Assembly: GCF_006345805.1 (NCBI RefSeq)
Contig: NC_042997.1
Location: 90,644,001 to 90,708,000 of the forward strand
Direction of reading: 5' to 3'
Length of the DNA: 64,000 nucleotides
Origin: Octopus sinensis
Lineage: Eukaryota
Position 1 is the first letter of the stretch. The number at the start of each line of letters is the position of its first letter. Below the pieces are notes generated by a model. The model ran no database searches and had not been told where the DNA came from. It saw nothing but the letters and a program-made list of their open reading frames with translations. A program made the translations under genes and the position numbers. This document shows positions 62,671 to 64,000 of the stretch, one piece after another.

Positions 62671-63381
62671 TCATTCCAGTTTTGATTTTCCTTTCTAGCA
62701 GTGTGCGTCTAAAGTAATATTATTCAATCTGTCCTTTTCTAAAAACAGTAGAAATATGATGAATTCAAGGAAATTTGAATGCTTATTCCTGTAGAATGAT
62801 CAGTAATGTCAATTAATCGATACGACTGATTACTAATTGATTACTAATTCATGAATTGGTTGTATGGATATTATGGCCAGACAGAAAACACAGACGTTCG
62901 AAGTTTGATATCAAAAGTTGACAGTGGGTAAATACAGCAGCTGTGTGTGTGGGGGGGGGGCATTAGTGTGATCTTCTAAAAGAAATCATGGAACTCATGC
63001 TTACATTTTGTGGACAGCCCCTACCACTTAAGAAGACTTTAAAAGAAGCAAAATGTGTATTTTGGAGTTTCGCGTATCCAATCTTCATACATAAATACAG
63101 CTTATGAACAATAAGAAGATATTCAAAAACTACAGTGGAAATCATTTACGGTAGAAACAAATAAATATTTAATCATGTTTGGGTGGACAAAGGGTGGTCA
63201 CAGTTTCATATACGAAGTAATCTCTTGGATAGGACGAATGTAACATAAATATAATCAAAGGATTAAATTGATTGAAACGACCTTGCGAAGATTTGCTAAC
63301 AAAAATCATTTTAAATTTTAGGAAACATGTGAAAAGTAAAAACACACTAAATATATTACCGTTAAGGAAGGTGTGTGTACA

Positions 63382-63423
<42 letters not shown>

Positions 63424-64000
63424 CATGTACATACATTTAAATATATTCATATGTATAGACATACATCTATATACATTCACATATATAAATGTATATATAT
63501 ATATATATATATACATACATTTATATGGTCTAATCAATCAAAAATTAGAGCCTTTCGTGTAAAAACATATATACACAAAAAATCTACTGTTTCCCCAAAA
63601 ACACCGTGAAAAGCGAAGGAAAAAAATAACTATATGCACCACGTCAGAAATTGTAAAAACTTTTAATTACTCTTTTCCCCTCTCTCTCTTTCTCTCTCGT
63701 CTATATATTCTATAAAAACTCAATATGACCGAACTTTCAATAATTTACATCTGTTATAATCTTCGCCGAACATTTACTTTGATATTATCTTTCCCTGTTG
63801 AAACTCATTGAACTTTTTGTGAACATTTGATCATTTGATCATTTAAACATGTTTGCCCGATTGCTACTTCGTAATTTTAAACTCCGTTAAAATCCTCTTG
63901 TTTTTTATACATATTTGTACCATTATACATATTTGTACCATTCATAAACAAAAAATTGTTGAAACTAGTTTGGTATGTATGTGAATAAATCTATTTAAAA

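Overview
This is AT-rich eukaryotic DNA dense in microsatellites and transposons, with no recognisable host protein-coding exon, rRNA, true tRNA gene or CRISPR array. The SINE families and repeat style suggest an octopus-like cephalopod genome (inference). The main signal is that two chemically different non-LTR retrotransposon systems occupy different microsatellites. (1) A full-length, ~6.05 kb Tx1-clade LINE (11631-17678, minus; CCHC ORF1, APE-RT-zf ORF2) sits between two same-orientation (GATA)n tracts and has no poly(A) tail, suggesting (TATC)n targeting. Most ORF2 breaks I could trace are single-base indels at short homopolymers. (2) At least eight pieces of R4/Dong-like RT plus restriction-like-endonuclease elements of several ages are present, most abutting (TAA)n. 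They co-occur with an unclassified ~554 bp (TAA)n-flanked element and a four-copy SINE stack. Also present: decayed Tigger, hAT-Charlie, mariner and DD37-type transposons, a Gypsy fragment, Helitrons, a 151 bp MITE with 45 bp TIRs, a ~380 bp fold-back hairpin inside a Helitron, and a ~330 bp inverted duplication whose arms both keep TATA and Inr-like motifs at identical spacing. All alignments and translations were done by eye, so degenerate-element boundaries are approximate.
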